Virus record (IMG/VR): IMGVR_UViG_3300030085_004590
Span: 1 to 64,000 of that record
Length of the DNA stretch: 64,000 nucleotides
Origin: a virus
Direction: 5' to 3' (one strand)
Shown here: one piece after another, positions 1 through 7,744 of the stretch
Layout: the number at the start of each line of letters is the position of its first letter
How positions within the stretch are numbered: the stretch's first letter is position 1
Program-made: the position numbers and the translations under genes
Notes under the pieces: model-generated
Database searches by the model: none
The model's input: only the letters and a program-made list of their open reading frames with translations
What the model was told of the DNA's origin: nothing

Positions 1-84
1 GTAGATATCTTGAATGGTGAGTTTGATTACGAGATTATCGGATATCAATCACAACCAACAATTAAAGCACCTTTAAGCAATTAA
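1..84 (+). CDS. thyA: thymidylate synthase, C-terminal fragment (5' truncated by window)
   Basis: Frame 1 reads VDILNGEFDYEIIGYQSQPTIKAPLSN*, matching the ThyA C-terminus (Y..HP.IKAP..). Not in the ORF track. Confidence 0.8.
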   Translation, partial: VDILNGEFDYEIIGYQSQPTIKAPLSN

Positions 85-86
85 TT

Positions 87-269
87 ATGAAAAGATTTTA
101 TAGAAGCAAAACAGACAGAAGATTGGCTGGTATTTGTGGTGGATTGGGAGAATATACAGATTCAGACCCTGTCCTTTGGAGATTATTATTTATAATATTA
201 TTCTTCTTACCAACAATGCCAATTTTCTTTTTATATATTTTTACAACCCTAATAACAAAAACAAAATGA
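87..269 (+). CDS. PspC domain membrane protein
   Basis: YRS.TDR.LAGICGGLGEY..D....RL followed by a hydrophobic helix is the PspC signature. Confidence 0.85.
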   Translation: MKRFYRSKTDRRLAGICGGLGEYTDSDPVLWRLLFIILFFLPTMPIFFLYIFTTLITKTK

Positions 270-1225
270 TTAGAACAGCAGAATGTGTATCACCGATGCA
301 CCCAGATAAGATGTGTGATAGGATATCAGATACCCTATTAGATTTTCACTTAAATCAAGACCCAAACTCAAGATGTGCAATAGAAGTTTGTGGTGGTAAT
401 GGAAAAGTTTTCGTTACTGGTGAAGTAACCTCAACCGCAAAGGTAACAGAAGATGATATAAAAAATATAGTTTATATTGTATCAGGTGTAGAAGATGTTA
501 TAATACATCTAAATCAACAATCATCAGAGATTGCTCAAGGAGTTGATACTGGTGGAGCAGGAGACCAAGGAATTATGATTGGTTATGCTTGTAGAGATAA
601 TGAACAATTCTTACCTCAAGAATATTATTTATCAAGAGAACTAAATAAGTTCGTATTTGATAAGTATCCTTACGATGGTAAGACACAAGTAACAATGAAT
701 GGTAACTCACTAAGAGTTGTATGTTCATTTCAGAATGCACCAGCAGGTGAATTAGAAAAATTAGTAATGCAGTACTTTGAAGATTTTCCTCAGTATCATA
801 TTGAGGCTTTACATTGTAATCCTGCAGGTGATTGGAACATTGGTGGATTCACTGCCGATGCTGGGTTGACTGGTAGAAAAATAGCAGTTGATAATTATGG
901 CCCAAGAGTTCCACTTGGTGGTGGAGCATTTAGTGGTAAAGATTGTACTAAGGTTGATAGAAGTGCAGCTTATATGGCAAGAAGAATTGCAGTAGATATC
1001 TTAGAAGAAAGACCAGAGGTAAATGAAGTGATGGTTCAACTTGCATATGCAATTGGATATGACCAACCCCTTCAAGCAACTGCTATAGTTGATGGAGAAC
1101 ACGAATTTATCAAAGGATATGATTTATCACCAAAAGGTATTATAGATTTCTTAGAATTAAGAAAACCGATATTTAGTAATACAGCACAATTTGGACACAT
1201 GGGTGCAAATTTTTCTTGGAAATAA
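266..1225 (+). CDS. metK: S-adenosylmethionine synthetase
   Basis: Motifs HPDKMCD, GAGDQG, DAGLTGRK and GGGAFSGKD..KVDRS. The likely start is ATG 266 (ATGA overlap with the PspC stop), not 134. Confidence 0.95.
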   Translation: MIRTAECVSPMHPDKMCDRISDTLLDFHLNQDPNSRCAIEVCGGNGKVFVTGEVTSTAKVTEDDIKNIVYIVSGVEDVIIHLNQQSSEIAQGVDTGGAGDQGIMIGYACRDNEQFLPQEYYLSRELNKFVFDKYPYDGKTQVTMNGNSLRVVCSFQNAPAGELEKLVMQYFEDFPQYHIEALHCNPAGDWNIGGFTADAGLTGRKIAVDNYGPRVPLGGGAFSGKDCTKVDRSAAYMARRIAVDILEERPEVNEVMVQLAYAIGYDQPLQATAIVDGEHEFIKGYDLSPKGIIDFLELRKPIFSNTAQFGHMGANFSWK

Positions 1226-1257
1226 TTTGGAATTGTAAAAAAAAATTTGTATCTTTG
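1226..1257 (+). promoter_or_regulatory. Bacteroidetes-type primary sigma promoter (-33 TTTG / -7 TAnnTTTG)
   Basis: TTTG 1226-1229, 20-nt spacer, TATCTTTG 1250-1257, just upstream of ATG 1274. Confidence 0.75.
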
Positions 1258-1273
1258 TATAAGATAATATAAA

Positions 1274-1756
1274 ATGGCAAAAAAATATAAAGTTATATTA
1301 GTTAGTGGTGGATTTGACCCTGTTCATAAAGGCCACATAGAATGTATCCAAAACGCTAAGAAGTTAGCAGATAAAGTTTGGATAGGACTTAACAATGATG
1401 ATTGGTTAAGGAGAAAAAAAGGTAAACCATTTATGAAAGAAGGTGAAAGAAAATTCATTATGGAAAACCTTAAAGATGTAGATTGGACATATGTAATGTA
1501 CCCAAAAATTCATAACGATGATACTGCCTGTGATTTTATTGATGCAGCAAGAAAACATTATATACAAGAATTTGGAGAATGGGAAAATGGTGTAGTTGCA
1601 TTTGGTAATGGTGGAGATAGAAAACCAGGTGGAGTTCCATCAACAGAAGAAGATGTTTGTAGTACTCTTGGTATCGATATGGTTTGGGGATTAGGAGAAA
1701 AAGTTCAATCATCATCTTGGTTATTAGAAAAATTTTCAAATAAGGAGTTAAAATGA
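1274..1756 (+). CDS. cytidylyltransferase-like nucleotidyltransferase (HxGH)
   Basis: VSGGFDPVHKGH, NGGDR and KVQSSS motifs. Confidence 0.9.
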   Translation: MAKKYKVILVSGGFDPVHKGHIECIQNAKKLADKVWIGLNNDDWLRRKKGKPFMKEGERKFIMENLKDVDWTYVMYPKIHNDDTACDFIDAARKHYIQEFGEWENGVVAFGNGGDRKPGGVPSTEEDVCSTLGIDMVWGLGEKVQSSSWLLEKFSNKELK

Positions 1757-1977
1757 ACATAAACGAATTAGTAGAACAATATCCAAACGATATGGAACTT
1801 GGTTCTAAGGTTAGAGAAATGTATTGGAAAGAAAGAGAAGTATCCGATATGTTAAAAGAAAAAATGAAAGATGCAAAAATATATGAATCACCAGATGGGG
1901 GTAATACAATTTATGAAAGACCTTGGGGTAGTGATTTATCTGAAAGAAAACTTATAAACAAAAATGAGATTAATTAA
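1753..1977 (+). CDS. hypothetical phage protein
   Basis: Coupled ORF containing YPNDMELG.KVR and IYESPDGG.TIY modules. Confidence 0.7.
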   Translation: MNINELVEQYPNDMELGSKVREMYWKEREVSDMLKEKMKDAKIYESPDGGNTIYERPWGSDLSERKLINKNEIN

Positions 1978-2581
1978 AGAACCTAATAAACTTAAATCAA
2001 TTGTAGAACCATCTACTTTCACTAAAGAAGAAATCGATGAAATATCAGTAATACTTCTTCAAGAATTAAAAAAACATGGTGGAATTGGATTATCTGCAAA
2101 TCAAATAGGAATAGATAAAAGAGCATGTGTAATCAATGTAAAAGAACCTTTGGTATTAATCAATCCAAAAGTTGTTGAAGTATCAGAAGATACTGTTGCG
2201 TATGTAGAACAATGTTTATCGATTCCAAAATCAATGCGTAAACCTGTTAAAACTGTAAGACATAAAACATTTACAATAGAATGTGATAATTTAGGTAAAG
2301 TTATATTTTCACCAGATTCCGAAAAAGGAACTTGGGAAACCTCAGAAGAATTCTTTTCAGATGAGGGGTTATTAGAATGTGTTGTAGCACAACACGAGAT
2401 TGACCATCTTGATGGAAAGTTAATAACAGATGTAGATAGAAGATATACTGAAACTATAATTAGAACAAAAAAGTATGGTAGAAACGAAAGAGTAATGATA
2501 AAATTACCAAATGGAGAAACCGAATTTATGAAATACAAAAAGGCACAACCGTTATTAGAACAAGGTGCCGAAATACTTTAA
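1964..2581 (+). CDS. def: peptide deformylase with C-terminal extension
   Basis: GIGLSANQIG, EQCLS (canonical EGCLS) and QHEIDHLDG. Confidence 0.93.
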   Translation: MRLIKEPNKLKSIVEPSTFTKEEIDEISVILLQELKKHGGIGLSANQIGIDKRACVINVKEPLVLINPKVVEVSEDTVAYVEQCLSIPKSMRKPVKTVRHKTFTIECDNLGKVIFSPDSEKGTWETSEEFFSDEGLLECVVAQHEIDHLDGKLITDVDRRYTETIIRTKKYGRNERVMIKLPNGETEFMKYKKAQPLLEQGAEIL

Positions 2582-2594
2582 TGTTTACGAAAAG

Positions 2595-2864
2595 ATGGGA
2601 AAACTTATATTTAGATATACAGAAGATTATTTTAAAAAATTCAATAGAGAGGCCAACAAAATATCATTAGAAGTACCTGATGATATGGATATCAATGAAT
2701 ACAAACTTGTTTGTGTTAGATTGGCTTCGGCACTAGGTTATTCAAATAAATCAATTAATAAAGCCTTTGGAGATTTGATTTTCGGAGATGAAGATAAAGA
2801 AGGGCTTAAAGAATTATTAGATGAAATTAACACCCAAAAAAATGCTAGGGAACTTACACAGTAA
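2595..2864 (+). CDS. hypothetical protein
   Basis: Open ORF in operon; likely start ATG 2595 (MGKL). Confidence 0.65.
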   Translation: MGKLIFRYTEDYFKKFNREANKISLEVPDDMDINEYKLVCVRLASALGYSNKSINKAFGDLIFGDEDKEGLKELLDEINTQKNARELTQ

Positions 2865-3108
2865 ATTACTTACTCAAACATTAGTAACTCAGAGTATTAT
2901 GGATTTACTTGTAGAAAAAAATCTTTTCACAAAAGAAGAGATACAAGAAAAAATAGATTACAACATTGAACTATGGGAAGAGTTAGTAATGGAAAACAAG
3001 AAATTACTACAACTAACCAACGATGTTTTAGAAAGACTACCTGATGATGAACCATCAGAAGAAGAAGTTTTTGGGACACACTACTATGGTCCAATAGGAG
3101 AATGCTAA
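2821..3108 (+). CDS. hypothetical protein
   Basis: Open ORF in operon with an acidic C-terminus. Confidence 0.65.
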   Translation: MKLTPKKMLGNLHSKLLTQTLVTQSIMDLLVEKNLFTKEEIQEKIDYNIELWEELVMENKKLLQLTNDVLERLPDDEPSEEEVFGTHYYGPIGEC

Positions 3109-3124
3109 AAAAACTCCTAAAAAA

Positions 3125-3156
3125 TTTGGATATATCGAAAATTTTTCGTATATTTA
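3125..3156 (+). promoter_or_regulatory. Bacteroidetes-type promoter variant
   Basis: TTTG 3125-3128, 20-nt spacer, TATATTTA 3149-3156. Confidence 0.65.
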
Positions 3157-3183
3157 CATAGTAAATCAAAAGGAGTAATCCCT

Positions 3184-3771
3184 ATGAGAAAACAAATATT
3201 AACGGTAATCATCTCGATGTTTACCACTTTAGGATTAGTTGGTTTTACAACTAATTATATACTACCAAAAGTTCAACCAGTAGTAGAAGTTTTAGAAACT
3301 AAACCAGTTGAACTGATTGAAATTGAAATAGAACCTATTGAAATAGAAATAAATCAACACGATATGTTTTTAGATGCAATAGGACACCGAGAATCATCAA
3401 ATAGATACGATGTAGTGAATGGTTGGGGATATATGGGAAAGTATCAGTTTGGTAAAAGAACTCTTAAATCACTCGGATATGATGTATCAAAAAAAGAGTT
3501 CCTTAATTCACCTTATTTACAAGAACAGGCAATGTTAGATTTACTTAATCACAATAAAAAAATACTTCAAAAGTATATTGATTATTGGGATGGTAAAACT
3601 ATTAATGGTAGAACAATTACCGAAAGTGGAATACTTGCAGCTGCTCATTTGGCTGGACCTGGTAATGTTAAAAGATTCTTAAAAAAAGGTGAGGACTTTA
3701 AAGATGGTAATGGAACAAAACTTACCTCGTATCTAATACAATTTAGTGGATACGAATTAAACTTAGATTAA
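3184..3771 (+). CDS. lysozyme-like / lytic transglycosylase-like protein with N-terminal hydrophobic segment
   Basis: RESS.RY..VN..GYMGKYQFG and LAAAHLAG motifs (ES...G.YQF...AAY/H pattern of the lysozyme-like fold). Confidence 0.7.
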   Translation: MRKQILTVIISMFTTLGLVGFTTNYILPKVQPVVEVLETKPVELIEIEIEPIEIEINQHDMFLDAIGHRESSNRYDVVNGWGYMGKYQFGKRTLKSLGYDVSKKEFLNSPYLQEQAMLDLLNHNKKILQKYIDYWDGKTINGRTITESGILAAAHLAGPGNVKRFLKKGEDFKDGNGTKLTSYLIQFSGYELNLD

Positions 3772-3772
3772 T

Positions 3773-4048
3773 ATGTGGGAAATTTTTACAACCTATAATA
3801 TCATTATAGGAGTTTCAGTAATACTGAATATTATTTTATTAATTGGTGTTAGAAACCTTTTAAGACAGAACGAACAACTTGAAGATAGATTAGTTGATAT
3901 CGTTGATACTACAAGAATAAAAGTATCAGATGCACTCAGTAATATGAGAAAATTAGATAACAGAGAAGTTTTCGAAAAGGATGATGAAGTTGGGGTTACT
4001 TTTGAGGAGATGAAAAAAATAGTAGAGGACCTCGATAACGAATTATAA
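3773..4048 (+). CDS. single-TM membrane protein with coiled coil
   Basis: IIIGVSVILNIILLIGV helix followed by a heptad region. Confidence 0.7.
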   Translation: MWEIFTTYNIIIGVSVILNIILLIGVRNLLRQNEQLEDRLVDIVDTTRIKVSDALSNMRKLDNREVFEKDDEVGVTFEEMKKIVEDLDNEL

Positions 4049-4049
4049 T

Positions 4050-4817
4050 ATGCCAAGAAAAAGAAGAAAAAAATCAAAAGTGTATTTCGGTACACCTGCT
4101 CAAGAAGCAATTATCGAATACAACAAATGTAAAGACCCAAAGAAGAGGTCTAAAATTTACGAAGAAAGAATTAAATATCCATTCGAAAAACTAGCAGAGA
4201 ATGTTTTAAATACATTTAAGTTTACTTATTTTGATGTACCCAAGAGAGATGTACAAACTGAAGTAGTATCTGTAATGGTAGAAAAAATGCATATGTTTAA
4301 AGAGGGTAAGGGTAGAGCGTTCTCTTACTTTACTATCATTGCAAAGAACCATTTGATTTTAAAAAACAATGGTAACTACAAAAGATGGAAACAAAATTCA
4401 TTACTTTCAGATATGCCACAAACATGGAATCCGGAGAATGATTTTTATAAAGACCAATTAGATAATGAGTATTCTGAATTTAAAAAAATGATGTTAGCAT
4501 ATTGGGATAAAAATTTAAATTCAGTATTTAATAAAAAGAGAGATTTACAAATTGCAGATTCTATCTTAGAATTATTTAGAAGAAGTGAACACATAGAAAA
4601 TTTTAACAAAAAACATTTATACCTTTTGATAAGGGAAATGACGGATTGTAAAACACATTATATTACCAAAGTTGTAAATGTAATGAAACAACATCAGAAA
4701 AAACTTCTAAATGATTTTCTTGAACATGGTGAACCACTAGATAGTAGAACCAGTCCATTTTGGAAACAAGAAGAACCTGAAGATGAGAATCCATATTTAG
4801 ATAATGATTATTTATGA
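4050..4817 (+). CDS. putative late-transcription sigma factor (T4 gp55-like)
   Basis: Basic N-terminus plus YF, LAEN...F, and F..KG.AFSYFTIIAKN resembling the sigma region-2 motif of gp55-like factors. Confidence 0.6.
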   Translation: MPRKRRKKSKVYFGTPAQEAIIEYNKCKDPKKRSKIYEERIKYPFEKLAENVLNTFKFTYFDVPKRDVQTEVVSVMVEKMHMFKEGKGRAFSYFTIIAKNHLILKNNGNYKRWKQNSLLSDMPQTWNPENDFYKDQLDNEYSEFKKMMLAYWDKNLNSVFNKKRDLQIADSILELFRRSEHIENFNKKHLYLLIREMTDCKTHYITKVVNVMKQHQKKLLNDFLEHGEPLDSRTSPFWKQEEPEDENPYLDNDYL

Positions 4818-6526
4818 AATATGTTTTAGGAATAAGTTGTGGTTACCACGATAGTGCAGCTGCACTTATAAAAGATGGAAAAGTTTTAGGTGCATGTGAG
4901 GAAGAAAGATTTACTGGTATAAAACATGATTCTAGTTTTCCCAAAAACACAATTGAGTGGTTAATGGAAACTTACAATGTAACATCTGATAATCTTCATG
5001 CAATATGTTATTACGAAAAACCCAAAGAAAAATTAAATAGAATACAATTAAGTTTAGAAAAGAAACCAAAAAAATGGTATGATATTTTTTACAACACTAA
5101 AAAATCTATTTTAAAAAGAAATCAAAAATCTTACGAAGAGATACAAAATGAAATAAAAAAATTATGTGGTAAAAACACATTGATTCATTATGTAGACCAT
5201 CACCAATCTCATTTAGCATATTCATATTATACTTCACCATTTCATCATTCAGCAATTCTTTCAGTAGATGGTGTTGGTGAATGGGAAACAACTTGTCTAG
5301 CATTAGGAAGTAAAAACAACATAAATAAAATGGGAAGTATAAACTTTCCAAATTCATTGGGAATGTTATATTCTACTTTCACTGCATTCCTTGGATTCAA
5401 ACCAAACGAAGGTGAGTATAAAGTGATGGGATTAGCTCCATATGGAAATTCAAAAAAATATAAAGAAAAATTTGATAAGTTAATTAAAAAAGGAAAAAAT
5501 GGTACTTTTGAAATTGATATGCAATATTTTACTTACGAGTATGACGATAAAAGTATGTTTAACGAAAAACTTGGACAACTATTTGAAATACCAAATAGAT
5601 TACCAGAAGAAGAATTAACTCAAGACCACAAAGATATAGCAGCAGGTTTACAATCGTTATATGAAGAATTATTTTTTGATTTACTCAATGTATTATATGA
5701 ACAATCACAATCAGATAGTTTATGTTTAAGTGGTGGATGTGCATACAATGGAACTGCTAATGGAAAAATATTACAAAGAACTAAATTTAAAAAACTTTAT
5801 ATACCCCCTGCTCCATCTGATGCTGGTTCTGCAATTGGATGTGCTTTAGATTATCATTATAGAACTTCTGAAATCAGAGTTTTAAACAACAACCCATTCT
5901 TAGGACCAGGTTATGGAAAACAAGATATTCTTAATGCAATGGAAAAATATAAAGATAAGATTTGGATTGAAACAAAACTTAAAGAACAAATCGTGGATGT
6001 TATTGCAAAAGAAATTAAAGATGGTAATGTAATTGGTTGGTTTGAAGGTAGAATAGAATTTGGAGCAAGAGCATTGGGTAATCGTTCTATTCTTGCAAAC
6101 CCAAGAGACCCTCAAATGAAATCTCGATTAAACAGAGTTATAAAAAAGAGAGAAGGTTTCAGACCTTTTGCACCAATGGTAAAAGAAGAACTTTCAAAAG
6201 CATATTTTTACTACAATGACACCGTTCCATATATGAACCAAGTTGTTAAAGTAAAAGAAGAACATGGATTCTTCTTACCATCAATTACTCATGTAGATAA
6301 CTCAGCAAGAATACAGACGGTGAATAAAAACCAACATAGATACATTTATGAACTACTTGACAAACTTCATCAAATAAATGGATATCCTATTGTAATTAAT
6401 ACTTCTTTTAACCTCAAAGACCAAACAATGGTACTTACACCAGAAGATGCAATTAGAACATTTTTAGATTGTGAAATGGATATACTTGTACTCCATAATC
6501 ATATTATAAAAAAGAAAATTCTTTAA
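4814..6526 (+). CDS. carbamoyltransferase (NodU/CmcH/TobZ family)
   Basis: YHDSAA, EEERF..KHD, HH.SH, DGVGE, GEYKVMGLAPYG, GARALGNRSILA, RPFAP and NTSFN. Confidence 0.95.
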   Translation: MKYVLGISCGYHDSAAALIKDGKVLGACEEERFTGIKHDSSFPKNTIEWLMETYNVTSDNLHAICYYEKPKEKLNRIQLSLEKKPKKWYDIFYNTKKSILKRNQKSYEEIQNEIKKLCGKNTLIHYVDHHQSHLAYSYYTSPFHHSAILSVDGVGEWETTCLALGSKNNINKMGSINFPNSLGMLYSTFTAFLGFKPNEGEYKVMGLAPYGNSKKYKEKFDKLIKKGKNGTFEIDMQYFTYEYDDKSMFNEKLGQLFEIPNRLPEEELTQDHKDIAAGLQSLYEELFFDLLNVLYEQSQSDSLCLSGGCAYNGTANGKILQRTKFKKLYIPPAPSDAGSAIGCALDYHYRTSEIRVLNNNPFLGPGYGKQDILNAMEKYKDKIWIETKLKEQIVDVIAKEIKDGNVIGWFEGRIEFGARALGNRSILANPRDPQMKSRLNRVIKKREGFRPFAPMVKEELSKAYFYYNDTVPYMNQVVKVKEEHGFFLPSITHVDNSARIQTVNKNQHRYIYELLDKLHQINGYPIVINTSFNLKDQTMVLTPEDAIRTFLDCEMDILVLHNHIIKKKIL

Positions 6527-6566
6527 CCTTCCCATAATATTTACTTAACAATTTCTTAACATAGGT

Positions 6567-6575
6567 ATATTTATA
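6567..6575 (+). promoter_or_regulatory. putative phage late promoter ATATTTATA
   Basis: The same 9-mer lies 14-43 nt upstream of start codons in ten intergenic regions: 6567, 7297, 10462, 23011, 24980, 26151, 35586, 46210, 47868, 62348. Confidence 0.65.
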
Positions 6576-6589
6576 CTAAAGGAGGATTT

Positions 6590-6794
6590 ATGATACAAAA
6601 ACACGATATGTATGATGAGGTTCCAAAAATCTTAAGGATTATCGGTCTCCTATTTATAGTATTTGCAATTAGTATAGGTAATATACTCGGAATCTAAAGG
6701 ACAATCTCGTTATACTTATGAACAGATAGAGTTCGAACAAATGAAAGCTCGTATTAGAGACTTAGAAAATAAACTGGCAAGTTATATGCCCTAA
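6590..6794 (+). pseudogene. small membrane/secreted protein interrupted by an apparent +1 frameshift
   Basis: GGAGG SD and ATG 6590 give a 35-aa ORF ending at 6697. The +1 frame continues VIYSESKGQSRYTYEQIEFEQMKARIRDLENKLASYMP* to 6794. Confidence 0.5.
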
Positions 6795-6823
6795 TCGTAA
6801 TTCAAAGTGATTAGAACAGTTTC

Positions 6824-6850
6824 AACCCCTCACATTAGAGGGGTTTTTTT
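6824..6850 (+). terminator. rho-independent terminator
   Basis: AACCCCTC-acatta-GAGGGGTT followed by a T tract. Confidence 0.85.
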
Positions 6851-6996
6851 ATTGACACCCATTATTGTTCACCCATTGGGTGTGAAAATTAAAATCACAC
6901 TTTTTTTATCGTATATATTATAGTTATTGCTGGACAAGTCCGTTGTTTTGGAATATGAAAAAGTTATTTTTCTTAATTTAAACAAAGGAGAACTAT

Positions 6997-7227
6997 ATGG
7001 ATTTTTTAAAGAAAATTGGCTCTTGGGCTGATGAACTAACAAAAATCGGTATTAGTATCGTTGCCTTAGGAGTTGTACTTGAAGTATTATTCAAAGGTGC
7101 AAACATCCCATTCTGGCCAGAAGTATCAGTAGTTGATAACATCATGGGCATTTTAGGAAGTTTGAGTGCTGAAGGTCTATTAGGACTAGTTGGTGCTTTC
7201 GTACTTTACCATATAATTAAGAAGTAA
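6997..7227 (+). CDS. small two-helix membrane protein
   Basis: AAAGGAG SD; two Gly-rich hydrophobic segments; has its own terminator. Confidence 0.85.
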   Translation: MDFLKKIGSWADELTKIGISIVALGVVLEVLFKGANIPFWPEVSVVDNIMGILGSLSAEGLLGLVGAFVLYHIIKK

Positions 7228-7262
7228 GAATTACTTGTTAATTTCAGAACGCGTTAAGAACT

Positions 7263-7289
7263 AAAACCTCTCTTCGGAGAGGTTTTTTT
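7263..7289 (+). terminator. rho-independent terminator with cUUCGg loop
   Basis: AAAACCTCTC-TTCG-GAGAGG-TTTTTTT. Confidence 0.9.
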
Positions 7290-7327
7290 GTTTACTATAT
7301 TTATATACAAGAAAATATGGTATAATC

Positions 7328-7744
7328 ATGAGTACAAATTTTGAATTATTTCCTGGCAAAAACCTAAGTGGATTGTTTGAAGATATCTACGAAAATCAAA
7401 AAAACAAGAAACAAAGGATATCAGAACTAATTGCTGAAATGAAAAAAGTAATTAGACATTCTGGTGATATGGCAGTGATTGGTCCAATCATAAAAGATTT
7501 AGTTGATACTTCAGTAAGAAACGATGAATCACTAATTAAGATGGCAGCAATTGCACAAAGAATGATTGCATCAAAAGATAAATCAGAGGGAGATACTGGT
7601 TTCCTTACTGATAAAGAGAAAGAACAACTACTACAACAATTAGAAGATACAGTTTACGAAGTAGAAAACGAAAAAACAAAGGTTGATGATTTAACTAATG
7701 AGGTTGAAGAATTAAAACAAAAAGTAAATACAGAAAATGCCTAG
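7328..7744 (+). CDS. conserved hypothetical phage protein (helical)
   Basis: Open ORF after ATATTTATA 7297-7305; first gene of the baseplate module. Confidence 0.75.
   Translation: MSTNFELFPGKNLSGLFEDIYENQKNKKQRISELIAEMKKVIRHSGDMAVIGPIIKDLVDTSVRNDESLIKMAAIAQRMIASKDKSEGDTGFLTDKEKEQLLQQLEDTVYEVENEKTKVDDLTNEVEELKQKVNTENA

Noticed and set aside
134-265. N-terminal extension of MetK given in the ORF track
   Set aside because: It overlaps the PspC gene; MetK similarity starts at ATG 266.
6725-6800. GTTCGAA resembling a tRNA T-loop
   Set aside because: No cloverleaf can be formed, and it reads as coding sequence in the frameshifted ORF. No tRNA was seen elsewhere by eye.
6852-6900. TTGACA -35 box and CRP-like TGTGA...TCACA site
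   Set aside because: There is no -10 box at the right spacing, and the TGTGA/TCACA spacer is 9 nt rather than 6.
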